Shown here piece by piece: positions 59,224-64,000 of a DNA stretch of 64,000 nt. The stretch is from a virus. Lineage: Duplodnaviria; Caudoviricetes. Location of the stretch: the IMG/VR virus record IMGVR_UViG_3300043464_002149; one strand, given 5' to 3'. The notes under the pieces are model-generated. The model did no database searches and had not been told where the DNA came from. It saw only the letters and a program-made list of their open reading frames with translations. Each line of letters begins with the position of its first letter. The stretch's first letter is position 1. The position numbers and the translations under genes were made by a program.

Positions 59224-59460
59224 TTAATCTTCCCAACTTATCATGTAATCGTCATATGTACCCATAAAAGAATTTTTAGCGGTAACCGTATAACCATATA
59301 CATTTCTTAATTCGTTTGCCATTGATTCGTTCATATGGCTATTACCAACAAGAATTCTATATAGACCTTGTGAAGTAGCACCGGTAACTAATGAGTTAAT
59401 ATATGAAAGAGATCCGGTTGTAGTATTTGAAGCTGATAATGCTGCTGACCCTGATATCAT
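59224..59460 (-). CDS. Hypothetical protein
   Basis: 78-aa ORF in operon. Confidence 0.55.
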   Translation of the reverse strand: MISGSAALSASNTTTGSLSYINSLVTGATSQGLYRILVGNSHMNESMANELRNVYGYTVTAKNSFMGTYDDYMISWED

Positions 59461-59474
59461 TTTTTAAAATTGTT

Positions 59475-59855
59475 TTATTCTAATGTAAGCAAATAAGCTA
59501 ATTTATTAATTGATCCTAACATCTCATCTCTAAGGTTTAAAAGATCTGAATCTTTTTCTTTTGACAATTCATTATTAAACCCTATAAGTCTATTTTTTGC
59601 TGTTTGTAAAAATTCGACAATATTAAGATCCGTAAGATTCACCATTTGGATAGTGTCTGTAGAGTTATCTAAAGTAAATCTACCGTGTTTACCCATACAA
59701 ACTTCAACATATTCATCAATAAGACCTCCTAGTGTGTCATAAATGTCACCAAAAGCCATATGTCTAGCATAACCTTTAGTTTGCCAATGTAATATTTTAA
59801 ATTGAAATTGTAAGCCTAAAAAAAAGTTTACATTAGAACTCAGATTGTTGTTCAT
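59475..59855 (-). CDS. Ferritin/Dps-like four-helix protein (DUF5856-like)
   Basis: KILHWQTKGYARHMAFGDIYD...IDEYVE, LLNLRDEML...KLAYLLTL. Confidence 0.75.
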   Translation of the reverse strand: MNNNLSSNVNFFLGLQFQFKILHWQTKGYARHMAFGDIYDTLGGLIDEYVEVCMGKHGRFTLDNSTDTIQMVNLTDLNIVEFLQTAKNRLIGFNNELSKEKDSDLLNLRDEMLGSINKLAYLLTLE

Positions 59856-60471
59856 CTTTATATGGATTAAAACTTTGTATTAAATGTTCTTTTGAATAAT
59901 TTTCAACTTCATTTTTTGTCAAAACATATTCATTTTTACCGCTAGCTCTCATTTCTTCTTGTTTATGAGTAAAAAACTCTTGTGGTTTCTGGCTGAAAGG
60001 ATATGAATCCAAAGAACGCATTTCTAATTTTTCCTCTGGGGTTGGCGGTTTCATCTCTTGAACCTTTGTACCCAATTCGTCAATTTTAGATAATATCGCA
60101 TCCATATTAGTTAATTTAGATTCTAAATCATCTAATTTACTAAATACGGTATCCATTTTTTGGATTACACCATCATGTTCCATTTTAGAACTTTCAAGTT
60201 CATTCTTGATGTTTTTAGTCATATTAACTAAATCTGTAACATCAACTTCTTCAGTTTCGCTCATTTCTGGGCTATCTGGTAATGGTGCTGGTGGCATCGC
60301 TGCTCCCATTTCTGGACTATCTACCGGCGCATCTGCTGGTGGTAAATCACCACCTGGTGCTGGAGGTAATGGCGCAGGCTCTGCTTGCTCATTGATTACA
60401 TAGTGCTTAGCAGCATTTCTGTTGATTTCTCTAAATCTATTTACTTCCTGTATAAGTTTTTGTTCTAACAT
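59833..60471 (-). CDS. Putative head/virion protein with Pro-rich linker and coiled-coil; start revised to 60471
   Basis: MLEQKLIQEVNRFREI start follows upstream stop by 4 nt. Confidence 0.55.
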   Translation of the reverse strand: MLEQKLIQEVNRFREINRNAAKHYVINEQAEPAPLPPAPGGDLPPADAPVDSPEMGAAMPPAPLPDSPEMSETEEVDVTDLVNMTKNIKNELESSKMEHDGVIQKMDTVFSKLDDLESKLTNMDAILSKIDELGTKVQEMKPPTPEEKLEMRSLDSYPFSQKPQEFFTHKQEEMRASGKNEYVLTKNEVENYSKEHLIQSFNPYKDEQQSEF

Positions 60472-60475
60472 AGTA

Positions 60476-60673
60476 TTAGTCTTGTAATAGTTGTCTACCG
60501 TCTTCGGTAATGTATTTTTTATTAATTCTTTCAACAATTCCGTCTTTTGATCTGATTACATAACATTCACCAGTTTGTAAATCACATTCTTCTCTTTCCA
60601 TTTTATCATTTGATACTGTTCTTGAAACTTTTGGTTGTAAGAACTGATCAACCGCTTTGTTTAACTTTTCCAT
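60476..60673 (-). CDS. Small hypothetical protein (ECDLQTGEC motif)
   Basis: 65 aa, TATTTAT upstream. Confidence 0.6.
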   Translation of the reverse strand: MEKLNKAVDQFLQPKVSRTVSNDKMEREECDLQTGECYVIRSKDGIVERINKKYITEDGRQLLQD

Positions 60674-60725
60674 AGTGTTAAAATATATTACCTATAAATA
60701 CATCAATATTTATCTTTTTCTTAAT

Positions 60726-63700
60726 TTATATCTTAATATACTTGATATAAACAACATCACCTTCCACTAATTTTAGTTTTCTCATTAATGTTGGGCTAAG
60801 GGCTGCACCAAATTTACCATAAGTAGCATCACTGATACTTGGTCCATTATGAATAGGCCCCTCAAATAAACCAGCATTTGGATCTACACGTGTTTCTAAT
60901 TTATATTCTGTACCATTTTTTGGTGAATAGAAAACCGTATCATATTCAAAAATGGTTTCTTTATTCTTGTTTGTTACATTCGCTCTAATTGAATAGTTTT
61001 CATATAGTTCGTTAATAGTTGAAAGTTTAATAATCTTATTAGGGGATGCTTTCCAAGAACTTACAAGCGATAAGTCAGCCGGTGAACCATCTTTTAATGG
61101 TGTGTATTTACCAGCCCCTAAAACACAAACTTTAGTTCTTAACCATTCTTCATTCTTATGCGTTATTAACTGAATATATTGTTCAGGTTTACCGTCTATT
61201 TGTTGTCCGTTATAAGGTATTAAATCAGTAAACAAGAAACCAGATTTTTTAACTATATTATTTAAATCTTCTCCTCTTTCAGGCGCTCCCGGATCTATTG
61301 TAAATGATTTATTATCAGCAGTTGTTAATGTTTTAACTGATGTCTGTAACTGATTTGCTTGTTGTTTTTTCTTAACAGCAGCAGAAAGTATTCTACTAAA
61401 TAACGGTCTATAACTAGACATGAAGCTACTTTCAAGTGAAGGTAATGAGCTACTTGAAATTCTAACCCCAGTAAATGTTGTTTCGAAGGTACCCTGTTTT
61501 ATCGAATGACTAACATCAAATACCAAATATGTACCCATAAACATTGGTACATTTGCTAAATAAAAATACATGGTTGGCTGTATCATTGCGTTACCCATAC
61601 AAGTAACAGTACATTGATATGATGCTGTTTTGTAAATGTCGAATAATCCAATATCAACAGAATGGCTACCACCACCACCTTGTGATCTAGCTAATCTCTC
61701 TTGAGCTAAAGCACTCTCTGTTGTATTTTTATATGTACTTTGGTCTAATGAGATATTTTTAAATATGTTTTGAGCTTGGTCTCCAAAGTTTATCTCAAAC
61801 GAAACAACTCTATTTGATTTCGACAAATCCGCTTCCATGAATATTTTTGGTTCAATAAGAAGTGGGTTGCCGTTTGGATTTTTAATATCAAACCCATCAT
61901 TTTTAAATTTATATTCCTTACTAACTCTTGTCATATCAAGATACTGTGACGTTTTGTTAATATATTGAAGAATAATTTTTGGTGACGATTCTTGATAATC
62001 CACATCTAAGTGTGTACCAAATAATGTTTTAGCAATATTCTTGGAAGGTAAAATTTTCTTTTTGTTTCCAGAATTTGTTCCATAAAAATTAACATACGCT
62101 GGTAAAGGTCTTAAATCAAAATTAGTACCCTGAATTAATAACGAAACGGCGCTATATAAATCTATTTTAATATTTTTTTCGTCCGCAAGTGAAATTAGGC
62201 GTTCTAAACTAATATACGCCTCATCACCAATATCTCTATTTGCTCTATCTAAGAATAAGAACTCATCCATTAAACTTCTTTGACCAATAGCATTACCTGA
62301 TATCCATTTATCATTAAATGATTTGAAGAATTGATATAAGTCTAATAATGTGGTTTTGGTTTCATTAAATCCATGATATATTGTAACCTTACCTTGATTT
62401 GTTTCTTCTTTTAGATCTGTGAATTTTCTAATTAAATTACCTAAGTATATTTCACGTCTATTGATTTGTGGTAAAACTAATTTAGATTCCAAATAATTTT
62501 TAAAATCAGTATAGTTCGGGGAAAAGCCTGGGGTATCTTGTATTTGAGATTTAACCCAGCCAGCATATATTCTGGCTAGCTCTCTATGCTCATATATGTT
62601 TTCTGGTGTTACTTCAATATCACTTATTTGGAAAAAGTGATGATATAGATTAGTACTAATACCACTATAAGTTGCACCTGTAATATTTTGACCAACGTAT
62701 AATTCAATTAATTTTTGATTTGCTGTTGTTAACTGTGATGAATTAAATGAGTTTACTGTGTAAGTTTTAGTTCTACCAACATACCCAAATAAAACATAAT
62801 TATCGATTTGTCTTGGATTACCAATAGTTACTTTGTCTAATGCCCTAGTGTTTAAAAGTGCATTTGTTAGTTCTTCTAACTTTTTAGTTTGGTTTTCTTT
62901 TATTTTAGATTCATAACCCTCGGTATTAAAGTCTATACCATCTTTAGAAATACTTGTTATCTCTTTTAATAAACTTTGGAAAGAACCATAATCTATCGTT
63001 TCTCTTTTAGTGTCTAGATCTAAATCAAGTGACGCAAACTCAATAAACATTTTTTCAAATTCGTCTAAGATGTCTGGACCAAAAACAGCGATTAAATCCA
63101 TTACACGTTTTTTATTTCCGTTTAATGAATATTCATCGTTTATGTTTTCAAATTTCTCACCATAATTGGGGAAATATGCTGTAGAATATGATGGATTTGT
63201 TTTTAAACTATTAGAATCATATATAATTCTAAATGAATCTTGTGTTAATGGATTAAAGTTATTAACTATATCATCAATTTGATTTGCATTAAATGAAGGT
63301 AATAGTGTATAGCGATTATCCTTTGCTGAAAATTTAGAATTGTCAACTAAACAAGTAAATGTATTTCCAGAATTGTTAGTTGGTTTTGATATCACAAATT
63401 TAGTTATCCCAGATGTTACAGATGCTGAATATTGAGTAGCAGAAATTGCTGCTAATAGTAAACTACTTAAACCAATACTTTCTGTTTTTGTAAAACCTTC
63501 AGGATTGTAAAAACTATATCCATTAACAATTTGTGAATATAATCCATGATAATAAGGATATAGACCGGTATATAAATTACTGTTATATGTCGCTCCTGTT
63601 ATTGTATTTGTTATTCCGGTTTGATTTGGTGTTGTGTTTCCAGTTAAATTAAATAGAACATTTTTACCGTTATCAAAAAAAGTTGATCCACTAATTGGAA

Positions 63701-64000
63701 TTGTTGCTCCACTTATAATATCAAAATTATCAACTAGATTCCTTTTGTATCTATGATATTGTGCCCCCCATTTTAAAACTAAATGATGTGGGATATAATG
63801 TGTAGCACCAACTTCTTTAAGTAATGCAAACATAAATGTTTTCTTACCATCAAAATCTACAACATCATGTAAATCTTTATAAGGTAAAGAATTTAATAAA
63901 ATATATGCCGAACCAACATATCTACCTTCAGAACCACCCTTTAAAAAGTCATCATATAACTGTTTATGGAAATATGGCGTGTTTAATAAATTTCTAGTGA
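60726..64000 (-). CDS. Very large baseplate-hub-like protein (gp27/gpD-type motif), 5' truncated
   Basis: Frame is open from 63998 into listed ATG at 63833; YQCTVTCMGNAMIQP...GTYLVFDVSHSI...FETTFTGVR hub motif. Confidence 0.65.
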   Translation of the reverse strand, partial: TRNLLNTPYFHKQLYDDFLKGGSEGRYVGSAYILLNSLPYKDLHDVVDFDGKKTFMFALLKEVGATHYIPHHLVLKWGAQYHRYKRNLVDNFDIISGATIPISGSTFFDNGKNVLFNLTGNTTPNQTGITNTITGATYNSNLYTGLYPYYHGLYSQIVNGYSFYNPEGFTKTESIGLSSLLLAAISATQYSASVTSGITKFVISKPTNNSGNTFTCLVDNSKFSAKDNRYTLLPSFNANQIDDIVNNFNPLTQDSFRIIYDSNSLKTNPSYSTAYFPNYGEKFENINDEYSLNGNKKRVMDLIAVFGPDILDEFEKMFIEFASLDLDLDTKRETIDYGSFQSLLKEITSISKDGIDFNTEGYESKIKENQTKKLEELTNALLNTRALDKVTIGNPRQIDNYVLFGYVGRTKTYTVNSFNSSQLTTANQKLIELYVGQNITGATYSGISTNLYHHFFQISDIEVTPENIYEHRELARIYAGWVKSQIQDTPGFSPNYTDFKNYLESKLVLPQINRREIYLGNLIRKFTDLKEETNQGKVTIYHGFNETKTTLLDLYQFFKSFNDKWISGNAIGQRSLMDEFLFLDRANRDIGDEAYISLERLISLADEKNIKIDLYSAVSLLIQGTNFDLRPLPAYVNFYGTNSGNKKKILPSKNIAKTLFGTHLDVDYQESSPKIILQYINKTSQYLDMTRVSKEYKFKNDGFDIKNPNGNPLLIEPKIFMEADLSKSNRVVSFEINFGDQAQNIFKNISLDQSTYKNTTESALAQERLARSQGGGGSHSVDIGLFDIYKTASYQCTVTCMGNAMIQPTMYFYLANVPMFMGTYLVFDVSHSIKQGTFETTFTGVRISSSSLPSLESSFMSSYRPLFSRILSAAVKKKQQANQLQTSVKTLTTADNKSFTIDPGAPERGEDLNNIVKKSGFLFTDLIPYNGQQIDGKPEQYIQLITHKNEEWLRTKVCVLGAGKYTPLKDGSPADLSLVSSWKASPNKIIKLSTINELYENYSIRANVTNKNKETIFEYDTVFYSPKNGTEYKLETRVDPNAGLFEGPIHNGPSISDATYGKFGAALSPTLMRKLKLVEGDVVYIKYIKI

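Noticed and set aside
1-64000. Alternative genetic code (stop-codon reassignment, as in some large phages)
   Set aside because: Conserved genes (nrdA, nrdB, clpP, helicase, baseplate) are full length in code 11, and TAA, TAG and TGA all end genes.
1-64000. tRNA genes, introns, inteins, DGR reverse transcriptase
   Set aside because: No cloverleaf/T-loop signature seen in intergenic gaps; nrdA, helicase and recA have normal lengths without insertions; no RT motifs.
63833-64000. ATG at 63833 as true start of the hub-like gene
   Set aside because: Frame stays open to the window edge; gene begins outside the window.

Overview
About 64 kb of a large, AT-rich tailed-phage genome (T4-like myovirus modules, probably a jumbo phage), read in standard genetic code. 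Almost all genes are on the minus strand, with two small plus-strand islands (4273-5072 and 16506-17327). From the right end the order is: a truncated baseplate-hub-like giant gene; replication, recombination and nucleotide genes (gp32-like SSB, RecA/UvsX, 5'-3' exonuclease, DnaB/gp41 helicase, nrdB, nrdA); a ~26 kb baseplate/fibre block (gp25-like, gp6/J-like, several large virion proteins, a 2072-aa gp7/P2-I-like protein with a Pro-Thr/Cys repeat stalk and C-terminal vWA domain, a cadherin+SprB-repeat adhesin, Pro-Thr-rich paralogues); RuvC, primase, PD-(D/E)XK nuclease, SbcD/SbcC, DEDDh exonuclease, ClpP; a spanin-like trio, a sigma-70 factor, a membrane protein with a probable -1 frameshift extension, a degenerate amidase, acidic putative head proteins, an Hc1 histone-H1-like protein, NusG, AAA ATPase, thioredoxin, glutaredoxin and fibre genes. 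Several clues suggest a Bacteroidota host (inference). The most unusual signals are non-coding: (i) a stand-alone gene (14814-15581) whose predicted mRNA 5' end pairs with its 3' end through a 13-bp helix, with a structured leader; (ii) a pseudoknotted RNA between nrdA and its terminator; (iii) a promoter-to-terminator small RNA near 23.1 kb; (iv) a start-less PT-rich frame reachable only by slippage on an A10 run. All family assignments come from motifs recognised by eye; no database searches or folding programs were run.
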